NCBI GenBank assembly: GCA_951406725.2
Contig: OX597815.1
Coordinates: 14,322,001-14,386,000 of the forward strand
DNA length: 64,000 bases
Direction: 5' to 3'
DNA from: Octopus vulgaris
Lineage: Eukaryota
Position 1 is the stretch's first letter; each line of letters starts with the position of its first letter. This document shows, piece by piece, positions 12,480 through 25,955 of this stretch. Under the pieces are notes generated by a model. It was not told the origin of the DNA. It saw only the letters and a list, made by a program, of their open reading frames with translations, and ran no database searches. The position numbers were made by a program, and so were the translations under genes.

Positions 12480-14815
12480 ATCACAATACTTTTTATTTGG
12501 GACCTATACAATTTAATTTACACACGACTGGCCTATCTGAGTTATTTTCACACATTTGAAAGCATTTGCAATGCATAATCTTCCTTCGTAAATCTTTTAT
12601 TAAATAATTTCTAATCTGTCCTTCCAAACACATTTCTTCGATCCATTGACTAAGTCTTCATAATTTCTGTTTTATCGATATTTATCTTCAAACAACACCC
12701 TTTACCACATTTATCAAGTATCGTATATCATTCTTTGTATATACAATGCTGAATTAGTAAGTAAATCTTCAGAATATTCCGCATACTTTCCATAAACCCA
12801 TTCTGTTCTTTCCCTTCCATCTCAAGATCCTTTCTTCCTGATGTAATCTATCATAACTGCAAACAAGAGAGGTGACAGAATGCTTCCCTGCTGTACTCTA
12901 CTTCAAAATTTGTCTGAGTGTTCAACGTCTACGCTTACTCGGTATTTATTTTCACCGTATAGTACACGTGCTAGATTGATATAGTTTTCTGTCGAATAGT
13001 AGCATAGCTCCTTCTAAATTATAGGCCCATGTGCACTACTAAAGGTCTTCCCAAAGTCTGCAAAAGCCATTAGAAACATGTCTAAAAATTAACGCATAGC
13101 TTTATGATGTACCTCTGCAAATATGTCTGATTCTTACAACCACAGGACCGTCAGAACTCCACATGCCCATCTCTTGGTAGTCTGTCCAATGCAATCCTTA
13201 TCCAATACAGAATAAACGAACGCAACATTTTCAATACTACGGTGAACGGTTATAATCCTCCGATCACCACGCTCTTTGAGATCAACTTATTTTGGTATGT
13301 TAGTTGCCACGCAGATCTTCTTGTCTTCAGGTATTTGTTCAATCTTCTGTATATCACCAAACAGTTTCGATAATGTTTTTCCATTCCCTTGCTTATCTGG
13401 TTTTAGCATTTCTCCTGTAATTCCATCTAATTCAGGATTCTTTCCGTTTTGCAATTGCTCAGTGGCTCTTGCTATTTCTTCAATGGATATTTCAAGTACA
13501 GCTATTTGCTCCTCCTTTTTTTGGATCAGAAATGATCAGATAACCTATCCTATAAAACGCCTTGTTCATGATTGTATTAAAATATTCGTTCGAACTTCCT
13601 TGGATGTTTATATTAAATGTTATTAGTCGCCCATCAGTATAAAACCGAGGTAGTCTTTTTGATCTCTTTATTTCTAAACCCATTTATTATTTCATAAATT
13701 TTTCGAATTCCTCTACTGTTTCCTGCATTGAGTAATTTATCTGCTTCATCAACTTTCGCTTTCAAGAATCTTCTTTTATCTTTGGAACACCTATTGACTT
13801 CTCTGTTGAGACACCAATATTTAGTTATTTGCCTCAATAAATTTCCATTTATCATCCAAAATGCATTTCCTGCTTTTTATCTTTCTGCCTATAACACCTT
13901 TACCTACAAACTGGTATATTTCTTTTAGCTCCTCCCATGCACTATTGATGTCCACATCTTCATCTATAGACTTCAAAACACTGCAAATCGATTTCGACAT
14001 CCAATTGCATATTCATCTCTAATTACATCATCCTTCAACTTTCTGCATCAAACAAGATACTCCATCCTTTTCTGTAGCTTCCAGCTTTAAATTACTTATC
14101 CTTGAATTGGGGTCCATTTCCGATATCTGAACTTCGATGTGTTTGTTCTAAAATCTAGCACTGATATTTTTTTACGTTGCCCATTTAGTTTGCTGTTACC
14201 TAATTTGATTTGGAAACTTTTTATTACAATATTTTTATCTGTAGATTACCATGCATATTTATGTATAATCATTTTGTTTGAAGAAAATACCTCCTATGAT
14301 GAGAGTGTTGCTTACACAAACACTGACAATTTTATACCATTTTCAAGGGCATCGCTATGATATCGTATGTTCTTCATCCTCGTTGCTACTGCCAGCTTCT
14401 GCAGTTATATGACCAATCTTGATCTACATATCTACTTCTAGTATACTTTAAATTCCCTCTTGCCATAATTGGTAGAAAGAATCTTTTGATCTATCGGTTG
14501 CATTATTTATAACTCTGTAACAAACAATAAAATCGATGTTGCATCGCTCCACTTTAAGCTTCACCAACGAAATTTCTTAACGTTTCCATTCAAGTAAGCT
14601 TCCATCACCCTCATTTTCATATTTTACCCATTGTATTAATTTTCACCCAACCTCGACTTATCAATTTTGTAGCATTCCATTGTCTTCTATGTCCTCTTCT
14701 AATGCGTATTATTTTGTTTATAGTTTTCATTTCTGTGTTATAAATCAGTCGAAGATTCGTTGGTTAGACACTTCGTTGATTGGTTACGCAGTTTCCATCT
14801 ACCAGCAGTTCATTC
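12480..14815 (-). pseudogene. Decayed RTE-clade LINE (endonuclease region plus RT)
   Basis: Minus-strand motifs: NGKNPELDGITGEMLK (~13450-13400), an RGL..TVVLKML block, MAFADFGKTFSS (cf. FVDFEKAFDS, ~13070-13035), VQQGSILSPLLFAVMIDYI (~12895-12840). Many stops and frameshifts. Confidence 0.8.
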
Positions 14816-15024
14816 CCATTCAAAGCAAACATACAAAACTATTGTGAGATATATTTATTGGGGAACTGTAATAAGGGCACAGGTAAAAATGGCACAAGTA
14901 AAAATGGCACGGTGAAAATGGAACAATAAGCTTACTGAAAGAGCTAATGGCAAAAGAAGCGGTTTTTACGTATGTATGCATATGTTTATATGTATGTATA
15001 TGTTTATATGTATATAGTCACCAC

Positions 15025-15072
<48 letters not shown>

Positions 15073-15339
15073 ATACATTACGCGCACACAGAGGCTTATA
15101 CAAATTTACAGTCATTGCTTATACGCACTCCCAAACAAATGTATATGCTTATTATAACTATATATAAATATACACATGAAAATATACATACACAAACTTA
15201 CATTCAGATATTTAGATGTATGTATGCATGTATAGCGTTATGTAATACTATATATATTTATATATACACTCACATACACATACATACACACACACTGTTT
15301 CTTTCTCTTTTTCTCATTGTGAATATATATATAATCAAA

Positions 15340-16620
15340 AGAAGCAACAATGATATACAGAGGTAATGCAGTATGATCGTTTCATTCAACTCCATTGAAT
15401 TGAACAATGCAATCATTATATCAATTTAAAATGTAGAGCAATCTTCAGCTGCACAAAGACATAGAATTTAATAAAATTCGAACAGATGGACACATTAGTA
15501 TAATTATACCTAAAATCTCCGAGAAGTTAAGGAGATAGACAAAGAACATGTACCTACAAGAACATAGCCGTAACTAAAGTTTTCAAGGAGACACTGCCTG
15601 TCACTGGTTTTTAGTTTCTTACCACTAAGAAACTATAACTATTATGTAGTGAGTAATAAAAATAACTTCTTAAACTTATAAAATGACCCTAAATTAAAAA
15701 AAAAGATTCGTGTAAAATAGAATTGTCCCATAACTTAAATATTCCTTTAGCCGATACCAAACATCAGTCTTATAGATATTAGCTAAATAAGTAAATATAA
15801 TTTTCAGTTTAATATATTTCGAATTCTTATACTTTTTTCTGAAAAATCTTCTCTATTGGTGTTGACGAGCTACATATTCTTTACCATAGTATTAGTAATT
15901 TAACCATTTTATTCCTTTTCTATGGTGTTTTGCCGTTGATTATTTTATTTAGTTTATAATTAGCCTTTATTTATTTATAAATTTATTCTAAGTTTTGTAT
16001 CTCTATAAATTCATACTTAGCTTAAATAAAACTATACTGATATATTCACTACTTATAAAAACAACTGCTTAGATTAAAATTTTATTAATATATAATTAGC
16101 ATGTTCTTTTGCCTCAATACTCCTTTATTAATACCAGTGAATATCATTTTAGTCAATATTCACAGATACCAGCTAATGAGATAGTATTTAAGTATACAAT
16201 ATGTAGAAATATCAAACTATTTCTATATTTTTTTCCTCTCTCTATTGTGGTAAAAGTTTGATATATACTCAAAAGTATTCATAAATTTATATCCTTTTGT
16301 TACAATTTTCTTCTTAATAATCTTTTGAATAACCCTAAACTTTAATTGTATACAATATAGCAACATTTTTAAAAGTATTTAACTATGGTGCTACAGGATA
16401 AAACTTCCTCCTGTTTCATTATCAATAGTCTGCTAGTGGGCAACCCTTTAATTATCAGGTAACATCTTATTTTAAGTTTTCCCTTACTAAACCTCATGAC
16501 ATTTCTTCTAATATCTGGATATCCTTGTTGCTTGTTTTGATTTTAATCACCTTATTTTGAAATTTTATGGATAATGCCGTACTAAATTCTGGTGTCTTAC
16601 CTTAAGTACCATATTCATCT
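15340..16620 (-). mobile_element. Decayed Penelope-like element 3' part with an HHR motif at 15368-15452
   Basis: GKEYV (GIY-YIG-like) at ~15885-15870. Downstream: GCAG-CTGAAGA-(58 nt)-GAAA-CGATCA-TA-CTGC. Confidence 0.5.
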
Positions 16621-16634
16621 GAATCTATCTATAT

Positions 16635-17055
16635 CTCTTTCTCTTTTTCTCTTTTACTTGTTTCAGTCATTTGACTGCGGCCATGCTGGAGCACCGCCTT
16701 TAGTCGAGCAAATCGACCCCGGGACTTATTCTTTGTAAGCCCAGTACTTATTCTATCGATCTCTTTTGCCGAACCGCTAAGTGACGGGGACGTAAACACA
16801 CCAGCATCGGTTGTCAAGCAATGCTAGGGGGACAAACACACACACACAAACACACACACATACACACACACATATATATATATATATACATATATACGAC
16901 AGGCTTCTTTCAGTTTCTGTCTACCAAATCCACTCACAAGGCATTGGTCGGCCCGGGGCTATAGCAGAAGACACTTGCCCAAGATGCCACGCAGTGGTAC
17001 TGAACCCGGAACCATGTGGTTGATTAGCAAGCTACTTACCACACAGCCACTCCTG
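16635..17055 (-). mobile_element. SINE family 1, subfamily A
   Basis: Near-identical to the other copies. Confidence 0.95.
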
Positions 17056-17059
17056 TATA

Positions 17060-18100
17060 TATTCTTTATACATGTATATATAATTTAGAGAAAAAACACT
17101 ATTAGTTTAATAGTGTTTTTTCTCTAAATTCAATAAAGAAAGATGTTACTCACACAATATAGAACGAAAAATCAAATGTAGACATAAATTACTTATATAA
17201 TAAGTTTAGATAATTTCTGTGTATATATATAAACCCTGTTTTATATTACTAATTGTTGTAGTAATAATTTGTAGTAGTACAATGTGTATAAATTAGCACG
17301 AGATTATATAGTCTATATTACATAATTAGAATAACTTGAAAATTACATGTTTATAAAATAAACTAATTAATGAAAATATATAAAATTTTAGAATTTTAGC
17401 TTAATTTATGTTTATTATATTATGTTTTTCAAGTATTTAGTATTTAAATTATTTAGACTTTACAATTTTCCAGTTAATATTATATTAAAGTTAATTTTTT
17501 TCCTTATTCTTACAGCTAAAATACATTTGTAATTTAAATTTTAATAGCTTATATACATATTTCTATGTATTTCTTCTATAAATTCAATTTACGCCATATT
17601 TTCACGCGATATATTTTTTATATATCTTATAAACGCTAAGTTCGACGTTTTACGTTTAAATTGGTAGTTAACGAAAATTCTTCGACAAGATAAGTTTATA
17701 TTTTTATTTTAAGAAATATTGTTAAATGCTTTTCGATTATTTATAGTTAATACACGTATTTTTTATATATTTATTTGACAATTACTATAAGTTAAGATAA
17801 GTATATTTATTCTATTATTATTATTTTTTATTATTTATTCTTAGACCTGATGAGTGACTATATTTTTTAATAGAATTAATTTTAGTTCGATTTAATTTTG
17901 AATCGAATTGATTTTATTATTATCTATTTGAAAATATAGCCATGAAATGTGCGTAGTCTTTTTATTACTGTTTATTATTTATTGTACTTTATTGATTTAA
18001 AATAAGGTTTTTTTATAGTATATGTTTTCTATATGGTGTGAATAACATCTTTCTTTATTGAATTGTTTAATAGTGGTTTTTCTCTAAATTATATACATAT
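17060..18100. mobile_element. AT-rich PLE-derived element with inverted ends
   Basis: 17068-17104 and 17128-17168 are inverted copies of 18066-18100 and 18025-18062. A palindrome with 23-bp arms spans 17082-17130. Related sequence occurs at 48085-48285. Confidence 0.6.
17843..17959 (+). ncRNA. Type-I hammerhead ribozyme-like motif with a long (~90-nt) stem II
   Basis: AGAC-CTGATGA-GTGACTATATTTT..AAAATATAGCCAT-GAAA-TGTGCG-TA-GTCT. Confidence 0.7.
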
Positions 18101-18565
18101 ATTATGCATTGTGAAATTTGATTTAAAATTGTTACATTAAATTTTCCCTGTAAGTTTGGGAATTATATTCCCTACTATTATTAATATAATATTTCCATAT
18201 ATGTGTGTGTTTGTATGTATGTATGTATGGATGTATGTATGTATGGATGGATGGATGGACGGATGGATGGATGTATTTATCTTTATGTTGAAAGTAAAGA
18301 ATTGAACTGGTAAAATACGGACTGCGAGCCAATAGTGTATATTTCAGTAAGCTTATTATGCCATTTTACCCATTTTTACCTAAATTACTGTCGCTGTTAA
18401 ATTCATCGGTGCCAGTTTGCTGCCAGTGATGTCTTTGCGTCTTAATTGGCTGACTAGATGAGGCCGTTACCAGGTATACATCGAACATACCAGGTATACA
18501 GTGAGACAGGTTAACGAAGCCTAGATAATCTCTCTCATAACACTAAAATGACTTTGGAGCATAAA

Positions 18566-18899
<334 letters not shown>

Positions 18900-19254
18900 A
18901 CAAATATACACACACAGACACGCACACAAACGCACAAACAAACAGAAGACACTCACATACACACACATATGATGTTCGCTACACTTTCAGGTCATCGTAG
19001 GATCTTTGTTGTCAACTATTATTTTTTCATACAATGGGAGGTTCTCTGTTTTGAAGTTTTCGAGAAGAAATTTGAACAAGTTTCAGTAAGCTCCAAAAAA
19101 TGTACTTCGTTTCTTTAGACTAGACCTAGATAGATGGTTATAGTAAAATTCACATGTAAATGCACATCGACATATTTTTGTTCGATGATTGTACCTTGTT
19201 CTTTATTTACCATGCAGTGCTAAAATGGAGAGCTAACCCACTCATGAAAAATAT

Positions 19255-19657
19255 TTACTATATTTACTATTTTACTATTTTACTTGTTTCAGTAATTTAA
19301 CTGCGGCCATGCTGGAGCACCGCCTTTAGTCGAGCAAATCGACCCCGGGACTTATTCTTTGTAAGCCCAGTACTTATTCTATCGGTCTCTTTTGCCGAAC
19401 CGCTAAGTGACCAGCATCGGTTGTCAAGCAATACTAGGGGGACAAACACAGACACACAAACACATACACACACATATATATATACATATATACGACAGGC
19501 TTCTTTCAGTTTCCGTCTACCAAATCCACTCACAAGGCATTGGTCGGCCTGGGGCTATAGCAGAAGACACTTGCCCAAGATGCCACGCAGTGAGACTGAA
19601 CCCGGAACCATGTGGTTGGTTAGCAAGCTACTTACCACACAGCCACTCCTGCGCCTA
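19255..19657 (-). mobile_element. SINE family 1, subfamily A, with a short internal deletion at ~19410
   Basis: Matches the other copies but lacks cggggacgtaaacaca. Confidence 0.95.
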
Positions 19658-20916
19658 TGGTAGACTTTTCTGTTGAACCTCAGTGAAATTTAGACATAAA
19701 AGATCATAAATTATGATTTGGTGCATATAATAGAAGCACGTGGAAATAGTACTGTAAATCAGCAGCTTCGCAGATATTAGCAAGCTAAAGAGAAGTGTCG
19801 AAGTAATAAGTTATTAAGGATAAGTGAAAATAAACCATCTCTGAAGAACTAATGAGAAACCTGCTGGACTATAGCTTTAGAGTTATACTAGTGATTATTG
19901 GAGCATCTGTAATTAACTGCTTCCTTCCCAATCATTTAAAACTAAGCTTCACAAAATTAAAAAGTATGCAGCTAATAACGGATTTAAATTTACAAGCTAT
20001 TACTACAAATGCGATTGCAAAATAATCCAAACGCTTAGACGTAATAACTACATATAGACACTTATTAATACATAGATGGCTAAACACATACATATATACA
20101 AACATAAGTACATGTATGAATACATATATATACATTTTTTTTTTTCATAAACAGTTATCGAACATGTAGCTACAACTATTTTATTTCAATGAAATTCTAA
20201 AATATGATGTTAACTACAATACGAAGTTAAATTTTGAAGCCAGTCGTCTTGGATAACATATTCTACATAGTTCAAATTATGAAGAGCCTTAATAAATGAC
20301 CGTCCAATTAAAGGGCCTCTGTTGTCCGTGGAATAACCAACACTTTACAAATTTTACATGGGTTTTGCATAACTAACATTATTCAAACTTCTTGCAATAT
20401 TTCGCTTCGTTTTATCTAGAGAAATTGATGAGTTACTCGCATTTCCCAATATACTTTCGCGTGTAGCCTTTATAATGATTTGTTTGACAACGACAATTGT
20501 ATCGTGTGCAAGTAATGTTGAGAAGCTTTTAGAAAGACAGCTTTTGTTTCTTCGAAACGATTAAGCGATGGCGTTATAATAGTTTGAGATGGTTATTAAG
20601 AGATCTGAGGTCCTTCACATAAACACGTATTTATGTTGTGTCACTGTTCCCATCATTATATTGCGCGTAAATCATTCTCAGTTAGTTTTCGTTTCAATTC
20701 CATATTTACGAGTTAAATGAAATACTTCAACTGTGACATAAATACAACTATGATATGAATAAATTACATACGCAGTTCTGATCAGACGATGAAATCAATG
20801 ATTGTTTTGACCGCTATGACGACTTGCCCTCACACCATGTGTGTTAGAGAAAGTCATACACATACAAGAGTACTCACTTTGCTGTGCATGTGTGTGCTTG
20901 TGTGTGCTTGTGTATT

Positions 20917-20958
<42 letters not shown>

Positions 20959-21050
20959 TGTGTGTGTGTGTGTGATCTAAATATTTGGATCTTACCTAAA
21001 AAGTATAAGGTGATTTGTGAAAAAGAAAAAACCTCCATCACAGGGGTTCA

Positions 21051-21262
21051 GTTAAGTTAAGTTAAGTTAACTTTGGGGCTCAAAAAGCAAAAAGCAAGGC
21101 CATGTAGGGGGACATGGAGTTATGTACAGGGAGGGTGTTCATGAAAGAGTTCAGGCCATTTCTGGTCAAGAGAGACTTTGAACCGAGCGGTCGTCGGCAT
21201 CTTCACTATCTCGTCCGGCAGCTTATTCCACGGATCCGCAACCCGGACGGAGAAAGCCCCTC
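21051..21262 (-). mobile_element. 3' end of a CR1-clade LINE
   Basis: Minus strand reads AFSVRVADPWNKLPDEIVKMPTTARFKVSLDQKW..*, then a short 3' UTR and a (TAACT)n tail. Confidence 0.85.
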
Positions 21263-21802
21263 TCCTTCGATTGGGATTCAGTTAAGAAGATTTGCATCTT
21301 CAGTTGTGTTTCATTCACTGAACGTCATCTTTGTTATTTCATTACATACCCATGGTTGCTGATTAGATTCTAGTGAATAAATTTTATTTCTAAACTTAAA
21401 GTAATGGCATAGTTATCTACTAGTAGCATCCTTATCCACATCATTATCCTTATATTGAAATTATAGGTTGCAAAGTACGATATACATGTCAATGAATCAA
21501 ATATAAGATAGCCGTCGACTATCAAAACAGATCAAACGTAGTTTAGGTTTAAATGTTTAAAACAGTTTTATTTCTAAAGGTGAAGTTTAGTAAACATAAA
21601 ACATAGAATCGTTACAACTCATCTTAGACATTAAAGTAAAAATAGGTGTATGAATATAGTTTGTATATCCTTTCCATTGGAGAACTATACTTTTCGATGT
21701 TTCTTTGCTGTATACTCCCCCTCTTTTTTTCCTTCTTTCTTTTCCTCGCCTTCTTCATCCTTTAAAGTTTGCCGATATATGTACATCTAAATTTATATAT
21801 TA

Positions 21803-21962
21803 CACAGTAGTGGGTGTGTGTTAAGTAGCTTGCTTACCAACCACAAGGTTCCGGGTTCAGTCCCACAGTGTGGCACTTTCGGCAAGTGTCTTCTAATATA
21901 GCCTCGGGCCGACCAAAGCCTTGTGAGTGGATTTGGTAGACGGAAACTGAAAGACGCCCGTC

Positions 21963-22021
<59 letters not shown>

Positions 22022-22497
22022 ATCCAAACAAGAAAGCACAAAAAAACACAACAACGCGAGGACGTGGAACAAATATAGTATTATTGGACGCTCAGGAAAG
22101 AAGGAAAGAAGGAGGGTTTAACGTTTCGAGCGGAGCTCTTCGTCGGAAACATAGGAGAAGTAAAGATCCAGAGAAGGGAAGACAGAGAGAAAAAAATCGC
22201 CAACGGTACACACGCGGTCACATTTTGATGTATGTATGTGTGTATGTATGTATGTATGTATGTATGCATTTTTGTATGTATGTATGTATGCATGTGTGTG
22301 TCTGTGTTTGTCCCCCCAACATCGCTTGATAACCGATGCTAGTGTGTTTACGTCCCCAAAACTTAGCGGTTCGGTGAAAGAGACCGATGGAATCAATACT
22401 AGCCTTACAAAGAATGACTCCTGAGATCGGTTCGACTAAACACGGTGCTTCAGCATAGCTGCAGTCAAATAACTGAAACAAACAAAATAGTAAAAGT
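21803..22497 (+). mobile_element. SINE family 1, subfamily B, interrupted at its internal (TA)n by a ~210-bp insertion
   Basis: Head at 21803-21965; 3' half at 22290-22497. Confidence 0.9.
22018..22226 (-). mobile_element. Short PLE pLTR-derived element with a minimal HHR-like motif (22116-22150)
   Basis: GTTT-CCGACGA-A-GAGC-tcc-GCTC-GAAA-CG-TT-AAAC. Confidence 0.7.
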
Positions 22498-23120
22498 GTA
22501 TTCGAATATCTAGAAAGAATAAAGCATTTGTTCACCATTTGCAAACGCTCGAAAAACACGAGAAAGAGACGTGTTATATAATATGCCGTACAAAGTGCCT
22601 AGATTTCTCTAGTCTGACATGTAAGATGGAGTGATGTCGGTGTGTATTATTTGACTTTATAATCAACACAGGTCTAAGTGTTTGTTGTAGACGTGGCCGC
22701 CGAAGTTGGAAGTTAAGTATACATGTCATCAATCAGTTTAGTATTTTTGTATTCGAAATTATTTATTCTTGCATGTATACTTAGTTTAGCATTGAGTATT
22801 GTATATGAATACGGAATCCATCATAGAAAATATGGCTTTGTGGCGAATTCTGTAGTGTACTATTGTGATGTCCTCAAATGTTTGTTTTTTTTTCTCTTGC
22901 AAGCTTTCTAAATTTTGGTCTGCGTACTGCGGTGCAGTGAATTGCAGTTGCTCTTTGTTGTAAATGCATAGTAAGCTAACTGACTGAGGAGTGTAATACT
23001 TGTACAACAATTAACAGCTGCAGTGAAACTTAGATACCTCACAGCAATCGAATTTACAAACGCCATTGGTCGTTTAGTAACTTCTTCGAGCGTTCACACA
23101 TTTATGGTTTGTTATCTCTG

Positions 23121-23334
23121 TTTCTCTCTCTCTCTCTTTTACTTGTTTCAGTCATTTGACTGCGGCCATGCTGGAGCACCGCCTTTTTTAATCGAGCAAC
23201 TCGACCCCGGGACTTATTCATTTGTAAGCCCAGTACTTATTCTATCGGTCTCTTTTTGCCGAACCGCTAAGTGACGGGGACATAAACACACCACCATCGG
23301 TTGTCAAGCAATGCTAGGGGGACAAAGACAGACA

Positions 23335-23407
<73 letters not shown>

Positions 23408-23570
23408 GACGGGATTCTTTCAGTTTCCGTCTACCAAATTCACTCACAAGGCTTTGGTCGGCCCGAGGCTATAGTAGAAGAAACTTGCCCAAGGTGCCAC
23501 GCAGTGGGACTGAACCCGGAACCATGTGATTGGTAAACAAGCTACTTACCACACAGCCACTCCTGCGCCT
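23121..23570 (-). mobile_element. SINE family 1, subfamily B-type head
   Basis: Full-length match to the other copies. Confidence 0.95.
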
Positions 23571-23574
23571 ATAT

Positions 23575-24330
23575 GAATAACATGTTTTAGTTTTAGTTGT
23601 TTTTGATAATTTATTAGTGTTTGCTTACGGTTGTAGGTCATGCATATATGTTTTCTTATAACGTACTCAAATATCTTATATTTGATTTATCCCTTGGTAT
23701 TATAAGTTTCTTTTTAATGCCTGATGATTATTAGTACTCGGTTTATTCTACCGGTTTCTGTATCTAATATTCTGTTAATCGAGGAAAATTTAAATGTCGT
23801 TCAACTTAGGGATTTTACCAGTTGTTACTATGTTACTATGTGAACATTCATTATTTCTATGTAATTATTTGCATTATTTGCGTTATGATGTAGTTTTGTC
23901 TTCTGTGTTAATGTTTATGGATATAATCCTCGAGTGTGTCTATTGCAATTAATATATTATCCACATACATTGAGCATGTTGTCTGTTTCATTCTTCGTAC
24001 TACTTCATTTTATATTATGACTACGTAGAAGGACACAAATATGGGTTCTAAAGGTGAGCCAGTGGCTACATCGCTTTCTTGTTTTTTATAATATCATTTC
24101 AATTGTGTAGGGTGTAAATGTAGTTTTATAATACAGGACACAATTTTTTCTTTAGTGTCTTACTAACTATCGGAAAAGCTGATCTAACTGAGTTTTGTAT
24201 CTATTCATTATGGCTTTTATCATCTCTAACAGTGGATCATTGTTAGGCAGACTTGCTTCGTCTAAGAAGGAGCTGTGGTTTGCATTGTTTATACGTATTT
24301 GGATGAACTTTCTTTAAATCTTTAAATGCA
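23575..24330 (-). pseudogene. Penelope-like RT remnant
   Basis: YKKQESDVATGSPLEPIF (cf. YxQxxGxAMGSPLxP) at ~24090-24040, then YVDNILI (cf. YVDD) at ~23967-23947. Confidence 0.7.
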
Positions 24331-24616
24331 ATATGAATTACGAACTAATTGATCAAACCATTACACAATACAATAACAAAAATGCACAAAACGCATGAGA
24401 CGTCACATCAATTAAAAAGACACAAACTACATATAAAGTGTATTATATGAACCAAATGCATATTAAGGACAGAAAAGTCAAATACATCGTCACAATTTTT
24501 ATAAAACAAAACACAATATGCATTGTACCAAGTGATAAATTAATAATATACTACGAAAATATTGAAATTAAAGCATTAATGATAACAATCCACAAGTGAG
24601 CTGCCACTGACTGATA

Positions 24617-24813
24617 TTTTTTTTATCTAGTTTCAGCTCACAAGCTGTGGCCATGCTGGAGCACCGCCATTTGGTGTTGCTACATGATTTTACTTCACGA
24701 ATGCTTTTTAGCAATTTGGTGCATGAGAGAGTTCGATGCAGCTGCCCTCATCTGCACCTCCTGCCGTGAAGTTGGTTCATCTGGGACACCTGACAAGAAG
24801 AGATCCAGTTTAA
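24617..24813 (-). mobile_element. 3' end of a CR1-clade LINE whose tail is shared with the SINEs
   Basis: KLDLFLSGVPDEPTSRQEVQMRAAASNSLMHQIAKKHS* (24811-24695), followed by GGCGGTGCTCCAGCATGGCCACAGC..GCTGAAACTAG and an A-rich end. Confidence 0.8.
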
Positions 24814-25036
24814 TGCAAATGTAAAGGATATAAAATTTACAACACTAAATGTTTTATTGGCCATACGTCTAATACCCTCTTCTGCCATCCCACTATGCGT
24901 TTACAAAAAAGGTATTGTATTCACGACGCGATTCTACACAAACCAAATCAACATTTAGTTACGGATAGTATTATTGGGGAATACATCTATAATCTAACGC
25001 ATTCACAAATATAGCTGATTAATAATGGAAACAGTT

Positions 25037-25429
25037 TTTTATTTTTTTTTTTTAGTTCTTTTACTTGTTTCAGTCATTTGACTGCGGCCATGCTGGAGCA
25101 CCGCCTTTAGTCGAGCAAATCGACCCCGGGACTTATTCTTTGTAAGCCCAGTACTTATTCTATCTGTTTCTTTTTGCCGAACCGCTAAGTGACGGGGACA
25201 TAAACACACCAGCATCGGTTGCCAAGCAATGCTAGGGAGAGACACACAAACATACACGCACATACATATATATGACAGGCTTCTTTCAGTTTCCATCTAC
25301 CAAATCCACTCACAAGGCATTGATCGGCTATAGCAGAAGACACTTGCCCAAGATGCCACGCAGTGGGACTGAACCTGGAACCATGTGGTTGGTTAGCAAG
25401 CTACTTACCACACAGCCACTCCTGCGCCT
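25037..25429 (-). mobile_element. SINE family 1, subfamily A
   Basis: Full-length match with small deletions. Confidence 0.95.
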
Positions 25430-25889
25430 ATAACACGCATGATATTAAAATAAATACTGGACGCATACACTAGTTATAGATATGAATAAATATGTGACTG
25501 ATGACATATATAACTAAAGGGAAAATTCAACTCAAACACATCAGTTCTTTCTTGAGGTAGTGGCGATGGATTTGATAAATAAATTTTTTCCAAATACATT
25601 CTAACGGATTGATAGAAAATATGAAATAAACTTGTTAAAGAAATACGATAAAAGTCATGTGTGAGCATGTTTGTGAGTCTCTGTGTTGTATGTGTATGAA
25701 TATGTGTGTGTGTGTGTGTGTGTGTGTTACTAAATACTTCATGACAGCGTTCTCGTCGTGTTTATCTGTTTCTTATCAAGTTTACTTTATATGTTCCATC
25801 AATTTGTTGCAGTTTATTTGGAAAAATATAATTATCAAACCCACACCAATGCTTAGACAAACATACATACAACACACACATACGCATTT

Positions 25890-25894
25890 ATATG

Positions 25895-25955
<61 letters not shown>

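Larger units (their letters stand above)
14870..18385. mobile_element. Putative DNA transposon (MULE-like) bounded by inverted termini, carrying nested PLE and SINE insertions
   Basis: 14880-14940 has tandem GGTAAAAATGGCAC-like units followed by AATAAGCTTACTGAAA. The reverse-complement match lies at 18343-18382. Confidence 0.5.

Noticed and set aside
20308-20616. Short inverted ends aagggcctc / gaggtcctt
   Set aside because: Only 9 bp with a mismatch and no clear TSD.
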